Shown: positions 19,052-29,299, counted from the stretch's first letter. The stretch: DNA of 64,000 nucleotides from an uncultured Chloroflexia bacterium (GCA_963779315.1 CAVZXQ010000004.1:128847-192846), one strand, 5' to 3'. The notes: generated by a model from the letters alone, not told the origin. A program made the numbers and translations.

Positions 19052-20100
19052 GCGACGAGGGCGAGGCGTCGCTGCCCGCGGCAACCAAGGCACCGCCCAC
19101 GCGACGACTCATCGGGGCCAGCTTCGACCTGCTCGGCCGGTCGTCCGAGGAGATTCGCCGGGCGTCGTTCTACATCGGGGGGATCCTGTTGGGAACGGCC
19201 GGCGGCTACGTGCTGGCTGTCTGGGCGGCCGAGATCGTCAGCGTCCACCGGACGGTCGCCGAGACCGAAGCCGCGATGTCCGGCGCCCTGGGAGGCTGGC
19301 TGGGGGTCCTGGGGCTGGTCGGGTTGCTCGGCGTGATGGTTGCGAGCGTCGAGAGTCGCGCGATGGCCACGGCGATCCTGGGTGGCCGGGCGGCCGATCG
19401 TCCGATCACGGTGCGGGCCGCACTCGCCCGTTCGCGGGCGACCTTCTGGCGGGTGGTCCTGGCGTCGGTCATCGTGGCCATCCCGCTCGGCATCGCCCAG
19501 GCCATCGCTCTCGTCGCGCTCGCCGCGGTCGCCCCGAGCGCGAGCGAACTATCGCTCGCGGTCACGGCCCTGGTGGCGGCCTTCGTGGGTGCGCCGTTCG
19601 CCTACCTGCTGACCGGGGTCGTGCTCGGCGACGTGGATCCGCTCGAGGCGACGAAGCGGTCGTTTCGCGTGTTCCGGGCGCGCAAGGCGGCCGCGGGCTT
19701 CGTGGCGCTGTTCGAATCGGTCGCCCAGCTGCTCATCCTCTTCGGCGTGAGTGCCGGACTCGACATCGCGCTCCGCCTGCTGACGTCACTCGGCCTGGGT
19801 GTCGACTCGGGCGCGGCCGGGATCGCTTTGACGACGCTGGCGATCACCGCCGGTGTCTTCGCGTTGGGAACGCTGATCCTCACGGTGACCGCGATCAGCA
19901 TCGCGCCCCAGGTCGTCATGTTCGTGGGCCTCACGCACGCGACGATGGGGCTTGACCACGTGCGTCCCGGCGGCGCCGGGGATCCCGAGGCATCGCACGC
20001 CGGGCAACGTCCATTCCGACGGTTCACGCGCCCGATGATCCTCGGGTTCGTCTTCGCGTTCGGAGGGCTGGTCGGCTCCCTGATCGCGCTGTCTGGCTGA
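19048..20100 (+). CDS. polytopic membrane protein, function unknown
   Basis: 350 aa with about 7 hydrophobic segments. The TTG start overlaps the dehydratase stop (TTGA). Confidence 0.6.
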   Translation: MSDEGEASLPAATKAPPTRRLIGASFDLLGRSSEEIRRASFYIGGILLGTAGGYVLAVWAAEIVSVHRTVAETEAAMSGALGGWLGVLGLVGLLGVMVASVESRAMATAILGGRAADRPITVRAALARSRATFWRVVLASVIVAIPLGIAQAIALVALAAVAPSASELSLAVTALVAAFVGAPFAYLLTGVVLGDVDPLEATKRSFRVFRARKAAAGFVALFESVAQLLILFGVSAGLDIALRLLTSLGLGVDSGAAGIALTTLAITAGVFALGTLILTVTAISIAPQVVMFVGLTHATMGLDHVRPGGAGDPEASHAGQRPFRRFTRPMILGFVFAFGGLVGSLIALSG

Positions 20101-20106
20101 CGCCGG

Positions 20107-20517
20107 TCAGCCGACGCCGAGGTCGGTCAGGCGATCGTCATCGATCCCGAGGTGATGCGCCAGCTCGTGGAGGACGGTGATCCGGACCTCGTCGGCGAGG
20201 TCCTCCGGGTCGGGGAAGTCCTCCTCGAGCGGCAGGCGGAAGAGCGTGATCCGGTTGGGCGTCGCGATCCAGTCCGCCGACCACTCCGTCCGTGGGACGC
20301 CCTCGTACAGGCCGTACAGCGTGTCGTCCGGTCCCAGTTCGTTCTCCCGTCGCTGGTCTGGCGAGGGATCGTCGGCGATGACGATCGCGATCTCGTCCAG
20401 GGCGGTCGCGAAGGGCATCGGGATCGATGCAAGCGCGCGGTCGACGAGTTCATCGAAGCGGCGATGGCGAAGATGGGTGGGTCGAGCGCTTCGAGCGCCT
20501 CGGCGGCGTTTGGCCAT
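20107..20517 (-). CDS. small zincin-like metallopeptidase family protein
   Basis: 136 aa; C-terminal HELAHHLG zinc motif. Confidence 0.75.
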   Translation of the reverse strand: MAKRRRGARSARPTHLRHRRFDELVDRALASIPMPFATALDEIAIVIADDPSPDQRRENELGPDDTLYGLYEGVPRTEWSADWIATPNRITLFRLPLEEDFPDPEDLADEVRITVLHELAHHLGIDDDRLTDLGVG

Positions 20518-20552
20518 GTCGAACGTATCCTAGGGCGGTGAGTGATTCGCCG

Positions 20553-21479
20553 ATGGATCCGGACGGGTTCGTGGTGGTCGTGGAGCCGGGCGACCGGGTC
20601 CACTTCCTGGACTGGGGCGGACTGGACGATGCGGGCGGCTCGGACGATGCGAGAGGGTCGGGCGTGGCGTCAGGTTCACGCCGGCCCGGCGTCCTGCTGA
20701 TCCACGGGCTGTCGAACACGGCCTGGATCTGGGCTCCCGTCGCTCGTCGGCTCCGCGCCGAGCGACGCGTGGTGGCGATGGACCTGCGCGGTCACGGCCT
20801 GTCCGATGCGCCGACGGAGGCCTATGCCCCGGACGTCCTCGCCGAGGATGTCGTGGCGGTCGCCGAGGGATCCGGGCTGCTGACCGTCCAGGACGACCAG
20901 GTGGTCCTGGTGGGGCATGGCTTCGGGGCCATCGTGGCGGCGTGGGCCGCCGAGGCCCTCGGGACCCGTTGCGCCGCGCTCGTCCTGGTGGATGGCGGCT
21001 GGGATGACCTGGAGACCGCGACCGCGATGGATGCGGACGAGTTCCTCCGTGGCCTCGACGAGCCGCCGGAGGTCATGCGCTCGCTCGAGGCGTTCCTGGC
21101 GGACCGGGCGGCCTTCGACCCGGCGACCTGGGACACGGATCAGGACCGGGCGGCACGCGCCACGGTCGTGGAGACGCACGCCGGGCGAGTGGTCCCCGCG
21201 ACGCGGCCGCATGCACTGGAGGCCTGCGTCCGGACGATGTTCGAGTACGACCCGGAAGTGACGCTGGCCGCGATCCCCGCGCCGATCGTCGCGCTCATCG
21301 CCACCGACGACGAGACCGGCTCACGCGGCCGCGCACTAGCGAAGGCGAGCGCGGGCCGTGAGGCGGCGGGCCTCGCGCAGATCCGTGTCGTGTCGTTCGG
21401 GCGAGACGGGCACAACCTGATGCGCTACCGTCCGGAGGCGGTCACCTCGGCCATCCTGGAGGCCGACGGTCAGGGCTGA
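20553..21479 (+). CDS. alpha/beta hydrolase
   Basis: LLIHGLSNTAW...DLRGHGLSD...LVGHGFGAIVA. The start is either ATG 20553 or GTG 20538; the track start 20427 overlaps the divergent gene. Confidence 0.8.
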   Translation: MDPDGFVVVVEPGDRVHFLDWGGLDDAGGSDDARGSGVASGSRRPGVLLIHGLSNTAWIWAPVARRLRAERRVVAMDLRGHGLSDAPTEAYAPDVLAEDVVAVAEGSGLLTVQDDQVVLVGHGFGAIVAAWAAEALGTRCAALVLVDGGWDDLETATAMDADEFLRGLDEPPEVMRSLEAFLADRAAFDPATWDTDQDRAARATVVETHAGRVVPATRPHALEACVRTMFEYDPEVTLAAIPAPIVALIATDDETGSRGRALAKASAGREAAGLAQIRVVSFGRDGHNLMRYRPEAVTSAILEADGQG

Positions 21480-21501
21480 TCCAGCGGAGGCGCTACGTCG
21501 C

Positions 21502-22620
21502 ATGCAGGTCGTCTACTCGCCGGTCCACCTCGCCCACGACATCACCCTCGAGACCTATATGGGCGTTGCCGTGCCCGCCAACGAGGTGGCCGAACGTGCC
21601 GAACGGATCCGCTCGGCTCTCGAAGCGGACGGGGGCTTCGCCGTGACGGGTCCGACCGAGCACGGCGAGGCGCCGATCACCGACGTCCACGATCCGGGCC
21701 TCGTCCGGTTCCTCGAGATCGCCTGGTCCGAGTTGCGACGACAGGGCGTCCAGCGCGCCTTTCTGTCCGCCGACACCTACCCGAACCGGGCGATGTTCGA
21801 AGGGATGAGCGAGGCGGCCGTGACGGCGCTGGTACGCGAGCCCGGGTTCATCGGCGGCAGGGCCGGATTCTGGGGTCTGGACTCAGCAGCGCCACTGGTC
21901 GCCGGGACGTATGCGGCGTCGCGCGCCGCCGTGGACGTGGCGCTGACGACCGCCGACCTGGTGTTGGGTGGGGAGCAGGCCGCCTATGGGTTGTGCCGAC
22001 CGCCCGGGCACCACGCGGCGCGGTCCATGTACGGCGGCTACTGCTTCTTCAACAACGCCGCGATCGCCGCCCACGCCATCACCCAGGCGACCGGCGAACG
22101 CGTGGCGATCATCGATGTCGACTACCACCACGGTAACGGCAGCCAGCAGATCTTCTGGCGCCGCGGCGACGTGCGCTACATCTCGATCCATGCCGATCCG
22201 GAGCGCCAGTACCCGTACTTCCTGGGTCGAGCAGACGAAATCGGCGAAGCGGAGGGGACGGGCGAGAACTTCAACCTCCCGCTCCGGGCGGGCGCCACGA
22301 ACGAGGACTATCTCGGCGCGGTGGACCGGGCGGTCGAGGCGATCCTGGCCGTGCCCGGCTCGGTGGTCGTCGTATCGCTCGGCTTCGATACGTATGGGCT
22401 CGATCCGATCGGCGACTTCGCGCTGACGACCGACGTCTATCACGAGGTGGGCCGTCGAGTCGCCGCGACCGGCCGACGCCTGGTCATCCTCCAGGAGGGC
22501 GGCTATCACCGACCGTCGCTGGGCGAGAACGCCCGCGCCTGGCTGCGCGGCGCCGAGGGCCGACCGTTCGAGCCGCTGCCGGCCTCCGGGTTCAGCGCTG
22601 GTGGTTCGGTGGTCGGGTGA
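21502..22620 (+). CDS. histone deacetylase-family amidohydrolase (acetylpolyamine/acetoin-utilisation type)
   Basis: CRPPGHHAARSMYGGYCFFNNAAIAA...IIDVDYHHGNGSQQIFW...SLGFDTYGLDPIG. Confidence 0.9.
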   Translation: MQVVYSPVHLAHDITLETYMGVAVPANEVAERAERIRSALEADGGFAVTGPTEHGEAPITDVHDPGLVRFLEIAWSELRRQGVQRAFLSADTYPNRAMFEGMSEAAVTALVREPGFIGGRAGFWGLDSAAPLVAGTYAASRAAVDVALTTADLVLGGEQAAYGLCRPPGHHAARSMYGGYCFFNNAAIAAHAITQATGERVAIIDVDYHHGNGSQQIFWRRGDVRYISIHADPERQYPYFLGRADEIGEAEGTGENFNLPLRAGATNEDYLGAVDRAVEAILAVPGSVVVVSLGFDTYGLDPIGDFALTTDVYHEVGRRVAATGRRLVILQEGGYHRPSLGENARAWLRGAEGRPFEPLPASGFSAGGSVVG

Positions 22621-23174
22621 CTCACCCGGGAACACTCGTCATCCGGCCGGAGCGTGAGAGTGAAGGCGAGCACGACGCGGTCCGCGAGGTGGTCGCCGCC
22701 GCCTTCGACGACGTCACCGTGGCGGACCTGGTGGACGGGCTGCAGGCCGACGAGGCCGGTCGGCTGGGCGCCTCCATCGTCGCGGCCATCGATGACCGGA
22801 TCGTCGGCCACGTGCAGCTCTCCCGCTCATGGCTGGACACGCCGGCCAGGCTGATCGAGGTGCTCGTGCTGAGCCCGCTGGCCGTGGCGCCGAACGCACA
22901 GGGGCAGGGGATCGGCGGCCGCCTCGTTCGCGCGGCGCTGCAGACGGCCGACGATCTGGGGTCGCCGCTGCTCTTCCTCGAGGGCTCGCCGCGCTACTAC
23001 CCGCGCTTCGGGTTCGTGGCGGGCGGGACGCTCGGGTTCATCCGTCCGTCCGTGCGCATCCCGGAGGCGGCGTTCCAGGTCGTCAGGTTGTCGGCATGGG
23101 AGCCGTGGATGACCGGCCAGCTGGTCTACTCCGAGATCTTCTGGCGTCACGATGCGGTAGGCCTGCGCGACTGA
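22617..23174 (+). CDS. GNAT family N-acetyltransferase
   Basis: 185 aa with GTGA overlap to the deacetylase gene; LAVAPNAQGQGIGGRLVRAAL. Confidence 0.8.
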   Translation: MTHPGTLVIRPERESEGEHDAVREVVAAAFDDVTVADLVDGLQADEAGRLGASIVAAIDDRIVGHVQLSRSWLDTPARLIEVLVLSPLAVAPNAQGQGIGGRLVRAALQTADDLGSPLLFLEGSPRYYPRFGFVAGGTLGFIRPSVRIPEAAFQVVRLSAWEPWMTGQLVYSEIFWRHDAVGLRD

Positions 23175-23238
23175 ACGGGCGCCTGGCGCCTCGGACCACC
23201 CGCCCGCGCGTCTGGCCAAGACGCGGCAGCCTGCGCCG

Positions 23239-23747
23239 CTAGTCCGTCTCGCGTCGGTATGGCGCCTGGCGCTCGATCGGGCCGACGAACTGCGGCACGT
23301 CCTCGTGGCCCAGGATCTGACGCACGGCCGACGACTCGCCGATGTGCGACCAGTAGTGATAGGTGATGCGCTGGAGCTGGTCGCCGGCCGTCGGGGCGTT
23401 GTCACGACCATCGCGCGGGAGGGCAACCGATAGCTCCGCGCTCGTGAGCAAGTCCATGAACGGGTCCGCGAGCGCCGTCACGCGTCCCCATGCGGCCCAC
23501 ATCTCGGCCAGGTCAGGCGTCGAGGCCGGAGCCCCATTCGCGACGGCGTCCAGGGCGGGTTCGACGTCGAGGCCCTGGCCCCGGATGATCCAGACCAGGC
23601 GCTCGTGCCAGGCCAGGTGCCCGACCATCCACGAGATCGAGTTCATCGGACCAGGCGCTTGAGCGCGTCTTCGGCGGAGACGCCTTCGAGGCCGCGCCTG
23701 AACTCGGAGCGGGCGAAGCGGAGCTGGTCGATGCGTGGATGTGGCAT
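23239..23747 (-). pseudogene. DinB family protein, frame broken near 23650-23657
   Basis: The ATG at 23747 gives [32 protein letters not shown], then a stop. The neighbouring frame continues [19 protein letters not shown]...ITYHYWSHIGE. One extra C in cgcctgg would join the two pieces. Confidence 0.6.
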
Positions 23748-23816
23748 TGGCGAAGGATAGCGACACGCCCGCAGCGGGTTCGGGCGTACCATCGGCCTTC
23801 ACGCAGGAGAGCCGAC

Positions 23817-24509
23817 TTGCCCAGCCACGATGACCTCCCCCCGCACGTTCGCCGGATGGTGGACGAGATCGAGAACGAGATCGGCGAGGAGCCCGGCCGG
23901 GCCTCATCGGCCATCGAGGGCGAAGGTCGCGACCATGGTGCCAACGGCAGCGTCGAGGACGCAGTACGCCACATCCTGGTCGAGATCGGCGAGGATCCGG
24001 ACCGGCAGGGCCTCGCCGGGACCCCGGAGCGAGTCCACCGGATGTACTCCGAGCTGACCGCCGGCTATCACGTGGACCCAGAGCGGTTGATCAACGGCGC
24101 GATCTTCGATGTCGACTACAGCGAGATGGTGGTCGTTCGCGACATCCCGTTCTACTCGCTGTGCGAGCACCATCTGCTGCCGTTCTTCGGGACGGCGTCG
24201 GTGGCGTACATCCCGCGCGGCCGCGTCGTGGGGCTTTCGAAGATCCCTCGCATCGTGGAGATGTACTCGCGGCGTCTCCAGGTCCAGGAGCGACTCACCC
24301 AGCAGATCGCCCAGTTCCTCCAGGATCGGCTGGACCCCCAGGGCGTCGGCGTCGTGATGGAGGCGACCCATCTGTGCGCCGCGATGCGCGGCGTCCGCAA
24401 GCCGGGCACGATCATGACGACCTCCTCCGTCCTGGGCCTGTTCCGCACTCGCGATCGCACGCGCGCCGAGTTCTTCGCGCACCTGGAGCGTCGCCCACCG
24501 GAGGCTTGA
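23817..24509 (+). CDS. folE: GTP cyclohydrolase I
   Basis: [16 protein letters not shown]...[14 protein letters not shown]...[12 protein letters not shown] prefer the TTG at 23817, which lies 7 nt after AGGAGA (23805-23810). An ATG at 23856 is the alternative. Confidence 0.9.
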   Translation: MPSHDDLPPHVRRMVDEIENEIGEEPGRASSAIEGEGRDHGANGSVEDAVRHILVEIGEDPDRQGLAGTPERVHRMYSELTAGYHVDPERLINGAIFDVDYSEMVVVRDIPFYSLCEHHLLPFFGTASVAYIPRGRVVGLSKIPRIVEMYSRRLQVQERLTQQIAQFLQDRLDPQGVGVVMEATHLCAAMRGVRKPGTIMTTSSVLGLFRTRDRTRAEFFAHLERRPPEA

Positions 24510-24711
24510 TCTGCGTTCCGATGATCGCGCCGCAAGTAACGGCACGGGCCGAAGTGCCACGCGATGGCCTGTACGGCTGCTCGCGGTCGCAGCTGTCCTC
24601 GCGCTGGCGGGTGGACTGGCGCTCGCCCTCGGCGCGCGCCCAGCGGTTCGGGAAGAGGCGGCCGGCATCGAGGGTTGCCCGACGCTGGCCGACTACGCCG
24701 CGGCGTCCTCG

Positions 24712-25722
24712 GTGCCGTTGCCGAGCCTGGGCGAGGCACCCGGAGTCACGTTCCCGCCGGTCGCTGCGGACGCATCCGCGACGACCGGTCTCCTGCAGCC
24801 GGGAACATGGGCCGTCATCGCCGATGACAAGGGTCCGCTCGCGCAGCTCCGGCTGCGGGATGTCCGCGAGTGCGGCCGATTGCCCGACGTCCGGTCCGCC
24901 TGGGTCGGGGGGAAACTGATCGTGGCGACGGCTGACGTTCGGATCCTGCGCGACGAGCCAGGACTGGCATGGCTCCCAGGGGACATGTTCTATGTCGGAC
25001 TAGGCGGGTATGACGCTGGACAGTCGCTGTCCGGGCCGACCACGGCTGGGTTATCGGGCCTGCTGCTCGGGCTTCCTGGTAACGACAGTACGTCGCAACT
25101 CACCGTCCCCGTTGGTTTCAGCCAGAGCAGGCCGGTCGTCGCCGACATGCCCCCTGGCGACCTCCAGGTGGTGGTGTACCCGGCCTTCACCGACGATGCG
25201 CACACCAGGGTGGACCCGGCCAAGGTCCGCTGGCTCCTGCATCCCGGACCTGAGAGCGGTCTGGTGACGTTCGCACCGTGGCCGAGTCCGGGCGCGACGG
25301 AGACGACCGGCGAAGTGGCACTGGGCGACTACGCGACGATCAAGGACGCTGGAGGCGACGTCGCCTTGACGGTCACGGACGTGGAGCAGGTCGACGGGTA
25401 TCCCGGCTTGATGCCGAGCCCGGGCCACGTCTTCGTCGAGTCGCGCATCTTCCTCCCGGCTACCGCCTATGACCCCAGCACCCGGGTCTTGGGGACCTGG
25501 CGCGCCCTCGATGATGCGGGTCGCGAACTCCCGATCGTGACGGACGCCGATCCGACGACGACCGATCGGGGGATCCCGGTCAACATCGGGTCCGCGACCC
25601 TGCAGAACTTCCCGGACAGCCTGCTCGTCGTGGAAGCGCCTCCGGCTGGCCTGATCCGCCTCGAACTCACCAGGGACGGGGAGGCCCAGCCGCTGTTGAG
25701 CTACGTCATCCGGCAGCCGTGA
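24712..25722 (+). CDS. secreted/anchored hypothetical protein (C-terminal DUF4352-like beta domain?)
   Basis: 336-aa ORF with a GTG start. The same frame stays open upstream and encodes a signal-anchor sequence (see findings). Confidence 0.55.
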   Translation: MPLPSLGEAPGVTFPPVAADASATTGLLQPGTWAVIADDKGPLAQLRLRDVRECGRLPDVRSAWVGGKLIVATADVRILRDEPGLAWLPGDMFYVGLGGYDAGQSLSGPTTAGLSGLLLGLPGNDSTSQLTVPVGFSQSRPVVADMPPGDLQVVVYPAFTDDAHTRVDPAKVRWLLHPGPESGLVTFAPWPSPGATETTGEVALGDYATIKDAGGDVALTVTDVEQVDGYPGLMPSPGHVFVESRIFLPATAYDPSTRVLGTWRALDDAGRELPIVTDADPTTTDRGIPVNIGSATLQNFPDSLLVVEAPPAGLIRLELTRDGEAQPLLSYVIRQP

Positions 25723-25773
25723 CCTCGGCGTTTTGACCCCACCGGCACCGCCCGAGGCGCTACGATCGACACC

Positions 25774-26178
25774 ATGACCGACCGACCGCTCAAGGTCCTC
25801 ATCGCCAAGCCCGGCCTGGACGGCCACGACCGTGGCGCGAAGGTCCTGGCGCGCGGCCTCCGCGACGAGGGGTTCGAGGTCGTCTACACAGGGCTTCGAC
25901 AGACGCCGGAGATGATCGCGACTGCCGCCCTCCAGGAGGATGTGGACGTCGTGGGTCTGTCCATCCTGTCCGGGGCACACATGACGCTCGTCCCGCGCAT
26001 CACGAAGCTGCTGGACGAGCGTGGCCTTGGCGACATCCTGGTCACGGTCGGCGGGATCATCCCGGACGACGACATCGCCGCGCTCAAGGAGGCGGGCGTG
26101 TCGGCCGTCTTCGGGCCGGGCACGACGATCGCGTCGGTCGCCGAGTACCTGCGGGCCAACGCCCGGCCACGCGACTAG
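25774..26178 (+). CDS. acyl-CoA mutase small subunit (B12-binding domain)
   Basis: 134 aa; [35 protein letters not shown]...[11 protein letters not shown] (DxHxxG...SxL...GG pattern). Confidence 0.9.
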   Translation: MTDRPLKVLIAKPGLDGHDRGAKVLARGLRDEGFEVVYTGLRQTPEMIATAALQEDVDVVGLSILSGAHMTLVPRITKLLDERGLGDILVTVGGIIPDDDIAALKEAGVSAVFGPGTTIASVAEYLRANARPRD

Positions 26179-26179
26179 G

Positions 26180-27223
26180 GTGGGGGAGGCCACGGAGGCC
26201 GAAGGCGCACGCGCCGAAGCACGCGCCGCCGAACGCGCGAACGAGCTGGCGGGCGCCGCAGTCGCGGGCGACCGACGAGCGCTGGCCCGGCTGCTGACCG
26301 CCGTGGAGAACCGGAGCGCGGTCGCCGAACACGCGATGCGCCGGCTCTATCCGACGGCCGGCCGCGCCCATCTCGTGGGGATCACCGGGCCGCCCGGTGC
26401 CGGCAAGTCCACCCTGGTCGCAGCACTCATCGGCGAAGTCCGGCGGGTCGGTCGGGCCGTGGCGGTCGTCGCGGTGGATCCCTCGTCGCCGATCACCGGC
26501 GGAGCGTTGTTGGGTGATCGCGTCCGAATGCAGTCCTACGCCGACGATGACGGCGTGTTCATCCGTTCGATGGCGTCGCGCGGGCACGCCGGCGGGCTCG
26601 CGTCCACGTCAGCGGCGGCGGCGTCGCTGTTCGATGCGGCGGGGTTCGATCTCGTGCTGATCGAGACGGTCGGGACGGGCCAGAGCGAAGTGGAAGTCGC
26701 GGCCGCGGCGGACACGACGGTGGTCCTGGAGGCGCCCGAAATGGGCGACGAGATCCAGGCCATCAAGGCGGGCCTCCTGGAGGTCGCGGACCTGGTCGTC
26801 GTGAACAAGGGGGACAAGCCAGGCGCGCAGCGGACGGCAGCCCAGCTGCGAGCGATGCTGGTCGCGACGGCGCCGCGTGACGTGGCCGGGGAGGTGCCCG
26901 CGCGGCCCAGGCCCAAACGCCCGGACGTGCTGATCACGACGGCCGCCACCGGGGAGGGCGTGCCCGAGCTGCTCGCGGCGCTCGATCGCCATCGCGCGGC
27001 CGGTCGCAAGGACGCCGATGGACCGGGTTCGGCGGCGAGCCTCGCCCGAGCCGAGACGCTCGTCTGGGCCATCCTCACGGACCGCTTGCTCACGACGCTC
27101 CACGACCCGGACCGCCGTGCAGCCACCGAGGCGATCCTCACCGAGGTGGCCGGCCACCGCCTGGATCCCTATGCTGCCGCGGACCGGCTGTCGGTCCTCT
27201 TGACTGGAGGTCGCGGGCGATGA
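26180..27223 (+). CDS. meaB: MeaB/ArgK-type G-protein chaperone for B12 mutases
   Basis: GTG at 26180, one nt after the upstream TAG. P-loop GITGPPGAGKSTL, IETVGTGQSE, VVNKGD. Confidence 0.9.
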   Translation: MGEATEAEGARAEARAAERANELAGAAVAGDRRALARLLTAVENRSAVAEHAMRRLYPTAGRAHLVGITGPPGAGKSTLVAALIGEVRRVGRAVAVVAVDPSSPITGGALLGDRVRMQSYADDDGVFIRSMASRGHAGGLASTSAAAASLFDAAGFDLVLIETVGTGQSEVEVAAAADTTVVLEAPEMGDEIQAIKAGLLEVADLVVVNKGDKPGAQRTAAQLRAMLVATAPRDVAGEVPARPRPKRPDVLITTAATGEGVPELLAALDRHRAAGRKDADGPGSAASLARAETLVWAILTDRLLTTLHDPDRRAATEAILTEVAGHRLDPYAAADRLSVLLTGGRGR

Positions 27224-28089
27224 CCATCGAACGTGTCTTCGTGGCGGGTGCGGGGCTGATGGGGCACGGCATCGCGCAGGTCCATGCGGCTATCGGCCTG
27301 TCCGTGGCGCTCTACGAGCCGGATCTGGCGCGCGCGGAAGCCGGTCGAGACCGGATCGCTGGCAACCTCGATCGCGCCGTGGCCAAGGGCAAGATCACCG
27401 CCGAGGAACGGGACGCGACGATCGCGAGGATCGAACCGACGGCCCATGTCGCGCCGGCCGCCGACGCCGATGTCATCATCGAAGCCGTCTTCGAGGACCT
27501 CGGCGTCAAGTCCGCGCTGTGGCGCGAGCTCGATCGGATCGCCCCCGCAGCCGCCATCTTCGCGTCGAACACCTCGTCGATCGCCATCCATCGCCTGGCT
27601 GACGCGGTATCGAAGGAGCGGCGCGCGCGCTTCGTCGGGATGCACTTCTTCAGCCCGGTCCCGGTGATGCCGCTCGTCGAGTTGATCCGTGGCAAGGACA
27701 CGTCGGACGGGACCGTGGACGCGATCCGCGACCTGGCGATCGCGCTCGGCAAGCAGGTCATTTTGTCGGCCGATCGGCCCGGGTTCATCGTCAACCGTAT
27801 CCTGATGCCGTTCCTCGCCGAGGCCATCCGGGCTTTGGAGGAAGGGTTGGGAACGGCTGAGGACATCGACACCGGCGCGCGGGTCGGCCTCAACCACCCG
27901 ATGGGTCCGCTCGAGCTGGCCGACTTCATCGGCCTCGACGTCTGCCTTGGGATCATGCGAGTCCTCGACGACGGCCTGGGCCAGGAGCACCTGCGCCCGC
28001 CGAGGGTCCTTCTGGAGCTGGTCGCGGCAGGTCACCTGGGTCAGAAGACCGGGCAGGGGTTCTACACCTACCCGCGTGTCCCGAAGTGA
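27220..28089 (+). CDS. hbd: 3-hydroxybutyryl/3-hydroxyacyl-CoA dehydrogenase
   Basis: VFVAGAGLMGHGIAQV...SNTSSIAI...GMHFFSPVPVMPLVE...PGFIVNRIL; ATGA overlap with meaB. Confidence 0.9.
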   Translation: MTIERVFVAGAGLMGHGIAQVHAAIGLSVALYEPDLARAEAGRDRIAGNLDRAVAKGKITAEERDATIARIEPTAHVAPAADADVIIEAVFEDLGVKSALWRELDRIAPAAAIFASNTSSIAIHRLADAVSKERRARFVGMHFFSPVPVMPLVELIRGKDTSDGTVDAIRDLAIALGKQVILSADRPGFIVNRILMPFLAEAIRALEEGLGTAEDIDTGARVGLNHPMGPLELADFIGLDVCLGIMRVLDDGLGQEHLRPPRVLLELVAAGHLGQKTGQGFYTYPRVPK

Positions 28090-29258
28090 GCGGCGCCCTC
28101 ACGGAGGAGGAGCGTCTCCTCCAGGCGACCGCCAGGGAGTTCGCGGCCCGCGAGGTCGCTCCGGGTGCGATCGAACGCGACGAGTCGGAACGCTACGACC
28201 GAGCCATCTTCGAGGAGATGGGCGCGCTGGGGCTGACCGCCGCCCCGTTCCCGGAGTCCGTGGGTGGCGCCGGGTTCTCGTACCTGGCATGGACCCTGGT
28301 CATGGAAGAGCTGGGTGCCGTGGATATGGCGATGGCGGTATCGCTGTCCGTCCACATCCTGTCGCAGTATCCCGTCGTGACCTGGGGCACGCCCGAACAG
28401 CACGCGCGCTGGCTCCCGCCGATGCTGGCCGGCGAGGCGCTCGGAGCATTCGCGCTGACGGAGCCGCACGCCGGGAGCGATGCGGCCGCCATCCGGACTC
28501 GCGCGGAACGCGTCGGGCCCGTGGATGCGCCGGAGGCCTACCGGCTGACCGGCACGAAGGTGTGGATCTCGAACGCGCCCGAGGCGGATCGCTATCTCGT
28601 CTTCGCGACGCTCGATCCGTCTGCGGGCGCTTCCGCGATCACGGCGTTCCTGGTCGAAAGGGGGACACCCGGCTTCAGGTTCGGGACCCACGAGAAGAAG
28701 ATGGGGATCCGGGCCTGTCCGGCCGCGGAGCTGCTGTTCGAAGGGGCGGAAGTGCCGGCCGCGAACCGCCTGGGAGCGGAGGGCGAGGGCTACAAGATCG
28801 CGCTGTCGGCGCTGGGCGAGGGGCGGATCTCGATCGCGGCCGCGTGCGTGGGGATCGCGCGGGCGGGACTGGAGGCGTCGGCACGATACCTCGCCGAGCG
28901 CCAGGCGTTCGGAGCGCCGCTGGCGGAACAGCAGGGGCTCCGGTTCATGCTGGCGGAGATGGCCCGTGAAGTGGCCGCGGCTCGCGCGCTCACGCGCGAG
29001 GCGGCCGTGACCAAGGACCGCGGCGAATCCATAGCCGTCGCCTCGTCGCTTGCCAAGTGGACCGCCTCGGACACCGCGATGCGGGTCGCCACCGACGCGG
29101 TCCAGCTGTTCGGCGCGACCGGCTACTCGCGCGAAACGGGCCTCGAGCGCCTCATGCGCGACGCGAAGGGCGCCCAGATCTACGAGGGCACCAACCAGAT
29201 CCACCGGATGATCGTGGCCGACGACGCCTTCCGTTCGTTCGGTCCGGGGCGGGGCTGA
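28086..29258 (+). CDS. acyl-CoA dehydrogenase (short/branched-chain type)
   Basis: 390 aa; ...LTEPHAGSDAAA...GTKVWISNA...QLFGATGYSRETGLERLMRDAKGAQIYEGTNQI; GTGA overlap. Confidence 0.9.
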   Translation: MSGALTEEERLLQATAREFAAREVAPGAIERDESERYDRAIFEEMGALGLTAAPFPESVGGAGFSYLAWTLVMEELGAVDMAMAVSLSVHILSQYPVVTWGTPEQHARWLPPMLAGEALGAFALTEPHAGSDAAAIRTRAERVGPVDAPEAYRLTGTKVWISNAPEADRYLVFATLDPSAGASAITAFLVERGTPGFRFGTHEKKMGIRACPAAELLFEGAEVPAANRLGAEGEGYKIALSALGEGRISIAAACVGIARAGLEASARYLAERQAFGAPLAEQQGLRFMLAEMAREVAAARALTREAAVTKDRGESIAVASSLAKWTASDTAMRVATDAVQLFGATGYSRETGLERLMRDAKGAQIYEGTNQIHRMIVADDAFRSFGPGRG

Positions 29259-29299
29259 TCCGGCGCGAACGCTGCCCTCGGGCGATGTAGAGTCGGGGC

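Noticed and set aside
25733-25766. TTGACC ... TACGAT as a canonical -35/-10 pair for the mutase operon
   Set aside because: The spacer is 22 nt, too long for a sigma-70 -35/-10 pair. Only the -10-like hexamer and its leaderless geometry are retained, as a low-confidence note in the findings.
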